A stretch of 63,969 nt of DNA from Octopus bimaculoides (GCF_001194135.2 NC_068989.1:66145525-66209493), one strand, 5' to 3'. Shown: positions 1 through 13,704, counted from the stretch's first letter. Notes: generated by a model from the sequence alone, not told the origin. Made by a program: numbers and translations.

Positions 1-78
<78 letters not shown>

Positions 79-86
79 CGTGTGTG
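1..86. repeat. (TG)n microsatellite
   Basis: Pure TG run from the window start. Confidence 0.98.
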
Positions 87-959
87 TCTCAGATGGGTAT
101 AGATGAACATATGCACATCTGAAAATCTATATATTGTAAATAAATTAATCGCAAGCTAATACATTTTGCTACCCATCATTGAAAATTTCATAAACGCACA
201 CCTGAAACCTATTCATTTAACTCTGGAATGTAGGGAAGTTGACGTTGAACAAAATATATAATATGAAACAGTTCGCGTGTTTTACAGTCATCAAATTTGT
301 TTGCACTCACTTCATCGTCTTTTATATATATCTCTATATCTTTTCACATTCTATACTACGCAGTGATTCTGAAAATAACGTGTTTAAACCAGAGCAGCAT
401 TCATTTATTGGCTTCTTGGATTCGAAAAGAACTAGCAAATACAATGTGTTTTTGGAAGAAATATCTCAAATACTATATATAAGTCAGTTTGTGGAAGTAT
501 ATCATACAAGTATAGTTATCCAGCATAATAAAATGGAGATGAAATTTTCAATTTGACAGCCACATTGTATTTTATTTAAATTGTTTCTGCAATTTTATAA
601 TGCTTATTGAAGTATGTTTACCACTATTTTAGTAGCTCTAATATATATTGGGTGAATTTTATTGTGTGAATTTGCATGTAGGTTAAAATTAAGGTCAATT
701 GAAAATAATAAAAACAGAAACATTTATCACAACTAAAATTTTTGCCGTTTTTTCCTTCTTTGTTTATTATATCATAAGTAAGACACTAATTCAAATAAGA
801 AATATCATTAAAAATGTGTCTTGTTTTAACACAAAATTGTGTTTTATGAACGTATATACCATACAGCAAAACTTCACATTGATACTTCCTATTCCGCCTG
901 CTTTCATGTCACCATCAATCATTAGCCTACCACATATAAATATATATGCGTCTGAGAGT

Positions 960-1015
960 TTGTGTATGTATGTATGCATGTAAAATTTATATATACACAC
1001 GCACACGCACACACG

Positions 1016-1069
<54 letters not shown>

Positions 1070-1111
1070 CCATCAATCATAAGAGTGCTATGTACGTATA
1101 TACTCATATAT

Positions 1112-1161
<50 letters not shown>

Positions 1162-1250
1162 TTTTATGTGTGTGTCCGTCTGTGTATGCGTGTGTTTATA
1201 TGTGTGTATGTGTGTGTTTGTGTTAGTATGTGTGTGTATCTCTCTGTGTG
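960..1250. repeat. Compound (CA)n/(TA)n/(TG)n microsatellite
   Basis: Adjacent dinucleotide runs; source of the overlapping HTHT/YIYI ORFs. Confidence 0.95.
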
Positions 1251-1837
1251 TACCAAATACATTACGAAAAGAATATACGGAAGAATCAAAAATTTTATCA
1301 ATATTTTTTCCCCCATTTACCTGTAGGATAGTTTTACATCAAGAACCATCCCTGTGCTAAATCTATGTGAAGAACAAACAACAAAGTTCGTGTGAAGTAG
1401 ATATCCTCAGACTTTCAGATTTCAAAGGAAGGAGTAATGTGGCATGACATGACTTTCGATTTTACGTCTTGATGTAGCAACATTCAAAGCGAACTGGGTG
1501 CAAGCTGCTAGATTTCCTTTAGGTGCCAAATATTACTTCTCGAAAGACAGTGATTAAACCCGATGTTGCTTTCCCGATGAGTTTAGTGGAATTCTTTCCA
1601 ACGTAATTGTATTCTCCTCAATTTAGTGGGATTTTTGTAACATTAGTGGTACTTTCCTATGTTTAGTGCCGCTTTCTTTATTTTAGTGACCTTGGAAAAT
1701 TCAACATAATTACTAATATTAAACAACTTACTTGTGGTTTGTAATCAGGTAAATCCTATTTGGAGACACGTTGAACAGCTGTATAATAAATGTTGGCTTC
1801 ACTTCTCAGCTTCCTATCATGAATTTCAGTCCGTTTA

Positions 1838-2052
1838 ATATTGGTTTCAAATTTTGACACAGGGCCAGCAATTCCGGGGGAGGGGGCTAATCGATTACTT
1901 TGATCCCAGTACTCAAGTGGCACTTATCTTGAAACCCGAAAGGATGAAAGGCAAAGTCGAACTCGGCGGAATTTGAACTCAGGACGTAAAGACGGACGAA
2001 ATGCCACTAAGCATTTGTCCGGCACGGCAACGATTCTGCCAGCTCACCGCCC
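1838..2052 (-). mobile_element. tRNA-derived SINE, family A, copy 1 of a tandem pair
   Basis: Reverse complement reads GGCGGTGAGCTGGCAGAATCGTT (A-box-like) ... GAGTTCAAATTCCGCCGAG (B box) ... CTTTGCCTTTCATCCTTTCGGG. The same module recurs more than 10 times in the window. Confidence 0.9.
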
Positions 2053-2065
2053 TCAGCACACTTTA

Positions 2066-2296
2066 TATTGGTTTCAAAATTTTGGCACCAGGCCTGCAAT
2101 TCTGGGTAAGGGGTGAAAGGATGAGGGTTGAGTCGACTACATCGATTCCAGTATTCAACTGATGCTAATTTTATCGCCTCCGAGAGGATGAGAGGTTAAG
2201 TTAACCTCGGCGGAAATGGAAGTCAAAACGTAAAGACGGACGAAATGACGCTAAGCAATTTTCCCGCTCGGTGACGATTCTGCCAGCTCGTCGCTC
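2066..2296 (-). mobile_element. tRNA-derived SINE, family A, copy 2 of the tandem pair
   Basis: Collinear with 1838-2052 from the ATATTGGTTTCAAA tail to the GCCAGCTCG head. Confidence 0.88.
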
Positions 2297-3566
2297 TCAG
2301 TACGTTTAAATTTAACAAGTTCATTTCCGTTTACAAGTATGTTTGATACATGTAAATTAGAAAATAATAATATAATAATAAATATTGAATATTGCGATTG
2401 TGTAAATAAGTAACTGGTGTTAATACTACTGTACTTGAGTCTCTGCTAGAAAGTAATTTAAAAGCGAAGAGGTAAATTCACCATGAAATAGTATTCATTT
2501 GATTACATTTCGGGAAAATAAACGGCTGCAATGTTATCACATTATTACATTCTTCTATTTAGAAATTAATAAGTCTCTAATTTTCTGTCCTTATCAGTTT
2601 ATTGGTCACTTGTAAAACATTATCTATGATTAGTAGCCTACTGATATTTATTTCTCTTCAGAAATGTATTCGACAGAAAATACTAAATTTATGGAGCCAA
2701 ACCAATTGCAATTAGTCTACAGGACTAATTAACTTTAAAAGAAAATTAGATAATGCCTCTAAGGAAAGTATAAATGAAATCAAATTTATGTGTCGCAGTG
2801 AAATTCTTCTAAACTAGAAATAATAATAAACAAAATAGTGTATTTACATTTTCTCTTCATAAAACAAATTCCGAAAATACATACCAATTAAATTCAACGA
2901 AAGTTCGAACTTGGAAGCACCATTTTTTTGTTACACAAAACTTTACATCATAAACAATTTGGATAATTTATGCTTTTCAGTTGAATCTCAGTTTTATTCA
3001 TGATAGCTTCACATATTTTGTTAATAAGTTACATTCGTCAATTATCATCTAACATTTTTTATATACATTATTGCGAAGTCTTTGAAACTTCAAAAATTTT
3101 CGAATAGAATTTTAGGAGCGAAGTAAAAGACAGAAGTATGATTAACGTACTCGGTAATGAGAGAAATTGCGTTTTTATGGATAATGACTATGATATTATG
3201 GTTATGAACATAATGAAGCTTAGAAATACATTGCTTTTAAGTTTATAAAAAAAATAATACCGATCTTAAGACTTTGTTCCAGTGAAAAATCTCAGGGAAA
3301 AGAACGTGTTCGAAAATTACAATATGATCTCATCATGCCAAAGACTGAAGCTCATCAACTGAAGCTCATCATGCCAAGAACAGGATAAAAAAGCAGAACA
3401 TTAATTTTAACCTTATGACACAGTAGAAAAAGAACAACCTGAAACGAATTGTTAAATCGAAGAGTGTCGAAATGCATTTATTATTCAAGAATGTACTTAG
3501 TGGAATAATACTATCAGTCGATTAAACCATTAGACATAAAACATAAATTGAGGATTTCAGACTGAA

Positions 3567-3875
3567 GATTTTAGATACTATTGTTAAATCAACGCCAAAT
3601 ATTTCTAGACATTAAACAAACCTAATCCGCTATTTTTCATTTTTTGAATTATTAAATACTTTGTGCTAGGTTAAATAATTTCAATTTCTATTCGACGCTA
3701 TAGTCCTCAATTCCCACTACGGATTTTAAATACTATTGTTAAATCAACGCCAAAGATTTCTAGAGACTAAAACACTAATGCGTTCATTTGTTGCTCTCTA
3801 AAAAATTAAATATTTTTGATTAGGTCAAATAATTCTAATCACCATTAGACGCCATAGCCCCATTTCACACTGACA
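3567..3875. repeat. Diverged 155-bp tandem duplication
   Basis: GATTTTARATACTATTGTTAAATCAACGCCAAA at 3567 and 3722, with similarity continuing through the unit. Confidence 0.85.
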
Positions 3876-4499
3876 ATACGACTTCTTTCTTCTGTTTCGA
3901 ATTGGCGTTTTTAATTTTTTATTTCATTTTACTTGGAAAATCTTAGCAATTAATTAATTTATAATATTTAGGGTATTTGCCGACTTCTATAGCGCATTTC
4001 TTTCGGAAAGAATGCCATAGACAATTTTCCTTGACTTTCAAAGCGTTGTGGTACTGATAAGTGTCAAGAGGTGATTCAGATGCTTTCAGTACCCCCATAC
4101 AATGAACTGCACACATAAGTCTTACAAAACTGCTAACCAGAGTAATTAATATGTTCTAACTTAACTATGAATGTCAGCAGTACTTACTTCAATAAAAATA
4201 ACTGTATACAAACTAGCGTTTGATTGTAAACATCATGTGATTTCCACTACAAGTTGAAGCCACCATAGTCACAATAAGATAAATTCATAAAGTTTGAAAT
4301 TAACCTGCAATATTTGTTCAAATAATAGAGAGAAAAAGTTTATATTTGCGCCCTTCTTCATAAAACTGTTAAATTTACTGTGCACTATTTCTTTATTTGA
4401 TAGACGCAATTTACAGTTTCGTTATATTGTCATCCAATTTTAAAAGTTCAGATTATCATTACTGCAACATAATGGAGCCATACAAGAGACATTCTTACG

Positions 4500-5075
4500 C
4501 AATTAGTTATGAGTTATACAATTTCGCAAGAAAAATTATAAAAGAGCTGCATCCAGGCATTTTGGATCACCTTCAACAGAGAAAATAGCGAATGATTGGC
4601 GGTAACAAGAGAAAGAGTTTCAGTAAGCAGTGTAATCAAAGCGCAATTTTTACATTAGAAAGCAAGATGAGAGGAATTGTATGAAAATAAAAGGAAGCTT
4701 AGGTTGTAAAAAGGAACAAAGTTTAATATTACCCACTAAACAAATATTTTTTACGTTAAAGTAAATGAAGCGAGAGTGATCGAATTTCTTGTATTGAAGA
4801 TTGGTGTGATAGATTGATTGAGTGGATTTAGAAGTGCAAATTAGAACATAAATAACACCAAAGATAATCGTAGAATATGAAAACAGAATTCTCGAGTTCA
4901 TAAACATGTATAAACATCAGAAACAAAAGCAACTTTGAAATGGAACAGATTGCAAAATGGAGGTGCACCGTTGATGTTTGATGGACATTCTAATGAAACA
5001 GTTGATTTTAAGACAGTAACTATTAAAACATCCAGTGATAAAATTGTCCTTATCCGGCAGTGCTGGCTTGTGATC
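4500..5075 (+). pseudogene. Decayed pogo/Tigger-family DDE transposase fragment
   Basis: EDWCDRL resembles the CENP-B HTH motif GWCDRF. MEV.PLMFDGHSNETVDFKTVTIKTSSDK (4957-5042) resembles pogo MDEVPLTFDxPSNRTVDxKGxKTVTIKTSGHEK. Frameshifts and stops present. Confidence 0.75.
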
Positions 5076-5179
5076 ACATCACCATATTACGACTTTCACT
5101 AATATTTAACATCACACCATTACCTAAAGAAAACACTCCGTGCAATCTTATATACGTTTAGAATAAATATTGCATGAAG

Positions 5180-5460
5180 ATAAATGTTACGGAGCTGTGG
5201 TTAAAATATATGAGGTCACGCTACCTTGGTAGACCTTTCAAAACCCATCATTTTTTAAAGCAGCAAATGCAGAAATGCATCTACCATACATGCTGTGGTC
5301 TCTGAACCGGATATCTCCATTTCCGAGTGAGTAAACAATGTAGTTCTGTTGCAATGAAAGAGGTTATTTGCCGACAGACTAGAGTGACAATTTTTACAAG
5401 GCTCGTTTTCCACAATTTTCAAACGCCAGAACCACTCAAAACCCAATGAATTTTCTTCCA
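5180..5460 (-). pseudogene. Possible very old mariner transposase N-terminal fragment
   Basis: FEWFWRLK resembles YEWFxRFK; EMEISGSET resembles ELxISxxTV; MGFEKV resembles LGFRKV. Order is right but similarity is weak. Confidence 0.35.
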
Positions 5461-6687
5461 TTTATTCTAACTCCTGTGTTCCATATAATAACAGCAAGCT
5501 TGAATTGGTTCACTAAATGTAAGCAACAAAAAGAAGAGCAAAACAATAAAATTTGGGGGAATTTTTGCAATGAACATAATACCGGCTATTCATTAAAGTA
5601 TATGAAAATAGCAGTAGGCATTCGTCGGTCTCGAGAGGCCATGGATAAAAATGAAAACAACAGTATAGCATAAAGTGATGTAATATAACCTAACGTAATA
5701 TCGTATAACATAACATTGTATAATCTAATAAGGTATAATAAAGTTTTGATATAATATGATATAATATTAGTTAATAATTTATTTCGTATAATAAAATTCT
5801 GAGTAAACTTTAGGCACCATTTGGACTGTATTTGTCTGGTAGAGGATTTGATGGGAGATCGTATATGGAAATTAAAGCAATTAAATCGTGGAAGACATCC
5901 ATTAACCATTCGTAAATACACAAAAATTGACAGCTTAATCATTTCTTCTTTTGTGTCAAAATGTTCTTCGCATTATCTGTGATCTGGTCATTGACGTAGT
6001 TCCACTACACTTTGTGTTTCAGATTTTACCTCTTCTTAGAGGTAAGTAAAGTAATTTCCATGAAATATTATGTTAGAACATTTCGTTTAGTAATAAACAA
6101 AGCACTGATTTATTATATCGATAAACAAAAGTAAAATATAATTGTGTACTGAAACCAGTTCAAATCCTGATTATTTTAGAATTTAATTGAAACACTCGTA
6201 ATCCGTTACTTTCGTTTCTATATTTCTTACGAAAGCAAAAGATAGAGTAAAGATAGGAAATACTGACATTTCATAAAAATCAACCCTCAAAACGCTGATA
6301 GTTTGGAAGATTATGAATAGCAGAAACAAGACATTTTTATTCTTTTTAATTAGACAAGCCCCCACAAAAATCTTACTCCTTATAAGCTGTGAAATACGAC
6401 AAATTCTGTTTCATTTTAAGATCTTTTAAAAATAAAGATATTTTCCTATTGGCGTATCATTTTTCTGTTATTATACTTGAAATAGATGGATTTTTAATTT
6501 ATGCATAAGTTTTATGTTTTCAAATCATCCTATCTGAAATAGTGTTCTATTTTCGGTTGTATTTCTATTTCCAACCATTCTTCTCGTGAAGTATTTAGAA
6601 AATATTGAAACTGCTTGCAATTTTACACATGAAATTAAAATCACGAACAGAGAGAGCAGGTTTACAGAAATAGAGTCCCACAGACGA

Positions 6688-6935
6688 ATTGCCTTACAGT
6701 TATATAATTTTCACCTATCTGTCTGCAGAGTTAACTTCTCTGTTTTCCTTTGTTCTCACTAAAATAAGAGCAGGACCAAATGCCTTACAGTTATCTTATT
6801 CTACAGAGTGAACTTTCTTTTCTTTCCTTCCTCATTGTCACTAAAATAAGAACAGAACTAAATGCCTTTCAGTCATTTCATTCTACAAAGTTTTCTTTCT
6901 TTTTTTATTCCTTGTCCTCAGTAAAATAATCTATA
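6688..6935. repeat. Degenerate ~80-95-bp tandem triplication
   Basis: Three units each with TGCCTTWCAGT ... CTRCARAG ... CASTAAAATAA. Confidence 0.75.
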
Positions 6936-7654
6936 AGAATCGATTCTTTCAATTATTCTCTCTTGCTTACTAACATTGCCTTAGTGTATTGGGAAAAGAA
7001 ATCAATTTAAAAATGAATGTTTAAAACTGAACTACACCGAAATAATACTTTCAGAATTTACAGAATACTTTCAGAATTCAACTTTTATATATATACAGCC
7101 GTTGTTCAATTCCAACTCACATCTTTAGAAGTTTGTAGATAATCAAAACTCCCCAGCAACACCTAACTAGTACACAGATCTATCGTAGTGAAATTAAATT
7201 CCGTGGTGGAAAACAGTAACCTACTCGTTATTTCTACAGTGTTGCAAATAGTTACACCAATACTTTATAACAATAACAGTACCTAGTAGATCTAGATGGA
7301 CATAGCCATTAATAGTTGTTCACATTGGACACCTCAAGATAGTAGCGATTCTGAAGCTGCTCTTCTGTTATCCTATTTAACAAGTTTTTATTTCCAATTC
7401 AACTTTAATTTATACTTTTAAAAATGTCTCTAGACTTTTATTTATCATTGTATAAACAAAATAGCTGAATGAAGTTTGTGTTTGTATTATCAGAACTGTT
7501 CAATTGTCACAAGCTTTGATATCTACTACAAGCCTGCATTGAGTTTCTCAACATCGCCTTTTATTCTACACTGGCCTTAGCTTACATATAACTGGATCAA
7601 AATGGATTATTTTGAAGATATGCTGATCACCTTGAATTACAGAAGAGGCTTAGC

Positions 7655-7860
7655 ATGTAGACGAGATTAAGGGGAAAGTTTGAAGGAGTCTTTATATGGT
7701 TGCTATTAGAAATCGCAGTCAAATCTTCGAATTTCACTCTAACATCTTAAATGATAGAAGTACATAACTGATAATGTAATCCTAGACATACAAAATAAAA
7801 CGATGATCAAAGCTAGAAACTCTTTGACCATACGTCCCTTTGATCAAGGCAGATTTCATG
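7655..7860 (-). mobile_element. Unclassified interspersed repeat (family D) fragment
   Basis: TTTGAAGGAG..GCTATTAGAAAT..CAAATC and CTTTGACCATA..TGATCAAGG motifs. Related pieces at about 24820-24950, 28150-28380, 42440-42500 and 61075-61400. Confidence 0.55.
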
Positions 7861-8245
7861 ATAAACAACAACAACGATCTTTGGTCACAAAACGCGCACG
7901 AACTGACTCCTTACGCACAAATTCCTTCTGTAAATATTTGTTTACAACGCTTTATTGTTATTCCTTATCATTCATATGGATTAAATATTCTTGCGCCTAA
8001 ACTATGCGCACTGCCATTTTCAACGAATTCACTTTTTAACGAAGCCTTTGAAACTCTGAGCGAGATCGATGAGGTTTATGCTTCACTGAAAAGTCTAACA
8101 TTGAAGCTTATTCAGAGTTGTCTCCCATGAGTGCCAAAATTATAAGATTACTCATTGTTCTAATGCAGTAATGTATTTTCCTCCCATAAAAATATTTCTA
8201 GCTATTTTTTGATGCTCAGTATATAACATATGTTAATATTTACTT

Positions 8246-8440
8246 GGCTAAGGTGGCGAGCTGGCAGGATCGCTAAGCACACCGAGCAAAATTCTTAGCA
8301 GCATTTCGTCCGTCTTCACGCTCTAAGTTCAAATTCCGGCGAGGTCGACTTTGCTTTTTACCCTTTCGGGTCGATAAAATAAGTACCAGTTGCGTAGTTG
8401 GGGGTCGATGGAATTGACTTACCCACCACCTTCGAAACTG
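8246..8440 (+). mobile_element. tRNA-derived SINE, family A
   Basis: GGTGGCGAGCTGGCAGGATCG head, AAGTTCAAATTCC B box, GGTCGATAAAATAAGTACCAGTT core. Confidence 0.9.
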
Positions 8441-9474
8441 CTGGCCATTAATATTTATTCGTTTATTGTTAGCCATGGCGATGACATTTATATATATTTC
8501 AACTGTATAATTTATTTTTTTTAATATATGCAATCAGCAGTCATTTATCCAGAATTTTGTGGTATTCATGCAGACCAGAAATTCTATGCCTTCAACACTG
8601 AAAAATACGATCGAAGTATCCACTGCATGGTCGCTGAATGTAATAGAAGTAGCAGCCAAGACCCGAAGAAATCAAACTATTCTCGGGAACGTAAATCACA
8701 TTCAATAAAGTAGCAGAAGGTACATCACGTATTAAAAAATGACGTCATGACCACAGCAGGAACGATGGTGTTCATAGATGTTCTGGAATTGTAATGAATG
8801 TTCTGTGACTTCTGAATATGGGTGTATAGTCTTATGTCAATGCCTGAGTATATGTGCGTGTGTATGTAACCTTGTTGTAAGCAGTGACTCAATATGCACT
8901 GATTTTGTATGTTTTGTTAACTCGTTCTATATATGTGTGTGCACGTGTGTGTGTCGGCGTACGTATGTATATGTATGTGTGTATGAGATGTGAATATGTA
9001 TATGTGTGCATGCATGTGTGTTTGCGCGCACGAGTGTGTGTTTGCGTGCATGACTGCGTGTATACTCTCACACAAAAGTTACTGAGTACCTAACATTATA
9101 TATATATATATATATNNNNNNNNNNNNNNNNNNNNNNNNNNNNNNNNNNNNNNNNNNNNNNNNNNNNNNNNNNNNNNNNNNNNNNNNNNNNNNNNNNNNN
9201 NNNNNNNNNNNNNNNNNNNNNNNNNNNNNNNNNNNNNNNNNNNNNNNNNNNNNNNNNNNNNNNNNNNNNNNNNNNNNNNNNNNNNNNNNNNNNNNNNNNN
9301 NNNNNNNNNNNNNNNNNNNNNNNNNNNNNNNNNNNNNNNNNNNNNNNNNNNNNNNNNNNNNNNNNNNNNNNNNNNNNNNNNNNNNNNNNNNNNNNNNNNN
9401 NNNNNNNNNNNNNNNNNNNNNNNNNNNNNNNNNNNNNNNNNNNNNNNNNNNNNNNNNNNNNNNNNNNNNNNTAC

Positions 9475-9543
9475 ATGTATATATACATACATTAATACAT
9501 ACATATATACATATATGCATACATACATACATACATACATACA

Positions 9544-9576
<33 letters not shown>
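9475..9576. repeat. (CATA)n microsatellite
   Basis: Tetranucleotide run right of the gap 9116-9471. Confidence 0.95.
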
Positions 9577-10467
9577 CCCCACTTTCATTTTACCATTCCA
9601 GTGAAATGTACGTAATTTGTACTATTCTCTTCACTTCCGGGTTCCGCTTGATATATAATAATTTAATCCCCAAAACTATGTTGTAGAAAAATTTTCTATA
9701 CTTCGTATAACTGATCGGTTACGATGATGCCGGGTACGTTGAGACATTTCGATGTCTGAGAATCGATTGCTGTGCCCCGACTGTTTGGCATTCATTTAAT
9801 TTCAATGATAACAATACTGTCTGCGATAAACACAGACGAACGAGCAAAACAGAATAAGAGCTACGAAACCATGTTTATTTGCAAAACGTAGTCAATGTGT
9901 TGTAGAGAAGAATATAGTACCATACATGACGTCACTGACAATAGATTAAATCAAAAATAGATGAGATGTATACAAAAAAGATAACATTCTAAGAAAGAAT
10001 GTGTTTCAGTGTGTATTTGTGATGTTTGTGTGAGTATCTTTTATCTCTGTGCTTTTGAACATCCCGACACAAAGAATATTGGTGTAATTGTGAGCTTGTT
10101 TTGGCTGTAAACTGGTTGCAAAAAAAACCATGCGACAATGTTTATTAGAAAGTCGAAGGCAATTACTAGTTCTGAAATTGGTTATTTGATCAAAGTGAGG
10201 GAAATAGTTTTGAAAATGATTCGGGATGCATTACGGCATTAAGGTGAAATAAACCTGATGGAGGTTAACCTTTTACACGCACACACTCACACTACCACAT
10301 AAACACATACACACACATGTATATATAGATATATATGTGTAAATGTATGATGTATATATATTGGTGCATATATAGATACATATATACACATTCATGTATA
10401 TATGCACTGAAACCGGTTACTTTGACGCACATACACAGATATACATATATGTGTGTATATATATACA

Positions 10468-10501
<34 letters not shown>

Positions 10502-10759
10502 NNNNNNNNNNNNNNNNNNNNNNNNNNNNNNNNNNNNNNNNNNNNNNNNNNNNNNNNNNNNNNNNNNNNNNNNNNNNNNNNNNNNNNNNNNNNNNNNNNN
10601 NNNNNNNNNNNNNNNNNNNNNNNNNNNNNNNNNNNNNNNNNNNNNNNNNNNNNNNNNNNNNNNNNNNNNNNNNNNNNNNNNNNNNNNNNNNNNNNNNNNN
10701 NNNNNNNNNNNNNNNNNNNNNNNNNNNNNNNNNNNNNNNNNNNNNNNNNNNNNNNNNNN

Positions 10760-10838
<79 letters not shown>

Positions 10839-12227
10839 ATACAGGTATGTGCATGTGTATGAATATTTATAAAAATGAAAGCATATATTTGTAAATAAAA
10901 AATGCTCGTAAGCATGGCTAAATGAATGAATTTTTTTTTCCCAACGACGAGGTCCCAACTTCGATTTTAGTGCTTGGCAACACGGGGGAACTACATTTGC
11001 TATAACCCCAGGCTTACATGTGCGCAAATCTGTGCGCGAAACTGTAAAAGCCTGATGGATGAACTCTATCCGTTTGGCATTGGTTTATGTAAATCCTGCA
11101 TCCTGATAACTAATGGTCTCGTATCAATACTTCTGCTAGACTAATACCAGTTGGAAAGCCGAAAGAGTGTGACTGGTTCTGGATAAAACACAAAGAATGA
11201 CCGCAAAAACCCTGCTGTCTTGTGAGATAATTTTTAAAGAAAATCCGGATGGACGGACCAGAACGCAGATAACCGTTCGACGCTAGGTAAAGCTTCACTG
11301 AATGTCTAGAGGCAAGGATGTGTGCGGGCAGTGAATATAAAAAGTTTTTGTCTTACCTCTAGGAAGGACGCCAGAGAAATGAACAAACTAGTACTCGAGT
11401 TTCGAAGTTTACAGAATACGTTTGTTATTGTAAAACTGATTAGTCCTAATCGGCTAGGTCTACTGAAATGACTAAATTTAAAATATTCGCTTCATTAACG
11501 CCTGTATACTCGGCCCCAATAGCCACCGGCCATAAACAAAACCGAGATTAGTGAAAACGTTGCTCAGGAGAATTTTGCCAAAGTAAGTAGTAGTAGCACT
11601 GTAAACACAGACGAGTGTTTTGACAGAAGGGCTGGGCTCTTTTGTGACACACAGTCCAGTTTCACATACATAGATCCCACGATAAAGTTGTTGTCAAAGC
11701 GAAATCTGCAATCAAATCTCTTATATTTATAACTGAGTCGCAAAAGATATCTATGTTGAACTAAACTGGTAGAAAAATGTGACAAGTAAAATAAAGCAGG
11801 TTTCACCAGATTCGCTGTCCCTTAGCAAAACAAAGTATTCAACAGTTTAATTCATTTATAATACAATGGGAAATGTTTGAGAGCATCACATGGGTGTTAA
11901 TATAAACAAAGGGAAGGTATCTGCAGTCTGGTCATAACCATTTATTGCTTACATAGTCTAAACTGTTAACGTATTATTGTGAATATGTATGTAGATCTGT
12001 ATATATGTGTAAGCGTGTGTGTGCGTATGTGTGTGTGTTTGTGTGTGTCTGTGATAGACAACGGTAACTATTTTCAAGTCACGACTAACTGCACACAATT
12101 GAATGTAAATCTAGAAGCAAACAGATCAATAGACCTTCGTGAAGCTGAAATTATTGATATTTACTTGCAAGATTTGAAAATTAAAGATATTGTAAAAAAA
12201 AAAAAACAACAACAATAATGATAGTAA

Positions 12228-12320
<93 letters not shown>

Positions 12321-12379
12321 AAATGATGGTGAAGATGGTCTCTTCCATAATAATAATGATGATGATGATGATAATGATG

Positions 12380-12441
<62 letters not shown>
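12228..12441. repeat. (AAT)n/(GAT)n trinucleotide microsatellite
   Basis: Source of the poly-I, poly-L and poly-M ORFs. Confidence 0.97.
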
Positions 12442-13567
12442 CGTGAATAAATAAAGAAACGTATAAATAAATAAATAAATTTTAGCTTCCACAAGCATTT
12501 GTATCAACTTAAAGAAACATTTGCACTCGACTAATGTAATTACACACGATGGAATCGATAAATACATTATAACGAATTGATAACTAGACGATAATTAAAT
12601 GATGATTACATAGAAAGATGCAGAATGGGGACGTTTGATACGTATAATTATTGATTGTTTTGAAATTCGGTTATGCATCGATAAAGAGAAAATAGTGTTT
12701 GTACAAGGGGATGAATCAACCGGGGTTTATTCTATTAAGCGGTCAGAAACACAACGCATTTGACTTCAATTTAGTAGGGGTTGGTCTGGTCTGCTTATCA
12801 TACGAAAAGCAGCGATAAACGTTAAACCATTAAACTGTGTAGTTGACGAGATGTGACTGCATTTTGCAACCTGTGTTGTTGACGCAACCCCCACAAGGCA
12901 CCTATTGATTGGCGGGGGAAAAAAAGCTGTTTAATTACCGCAGTATCAACTCAATCAGTTCAGATGTTTAAATTATTAGCGCATATATGTGCTTTCGTAT
13001 TCACAGACACGTAAAAACGTACACACACACACATACATATATATNNNNNNNNNNNNNNNNNNNNNNNNNNNNNNNNNNNNNNNNNNNNNNNNNNNNNNNN
13101 NNNNNNNNNNNNNNNNNNNNNNNNNNNNNNNNNNNNNNNNNNNNNNNNNNNNNNNNNNNNNNNNNNNNNNNNNNNNNNNNNNNNNNNNNNNNNNNNNNNN
13201 NNNNNNNNNNNNNNNNNNNNNNNNNNNNNNNNNNNNNNNNNNNNNNNNNNNNNNNNNNNNNNNNNNNNNNNNNNNNNNNNNNNNNNNNNNNNNNNNNNNN
13301 NNNNNNNNNNNNNNNNNNNNNNNNNNNNNNNNNNNNNNNNNNNNNNNNNNNNNNNNNNNNNNNNNNNNNNNNNNNNNNNNNNNNNNNNNNNNNNNNNNNN
13401 NNNNNNNNNNNNNNNNNNNNNNNNNNNNNNNNNNNNNNNNNNNNNNNNNNNNNNNNNNNNNNNNNNNNNNNNNNNNNNNNNNNNNNNNNNNNNNNNNNNN
13501 NNNNNNNNNNNNNNNNNNNNNNNNNNNNNNNNNNNNNNNNNNTATACACACACATATATATATACAT

Positions 13568-13579
13568 TAGATAGATAGG

Positions 13580-13646
<67 letters not shown>

Positions 13647-13651
13647 GTAGG

Positions 13652-13703
<52 letters not shown>

Positions 13704-13704
13704 C

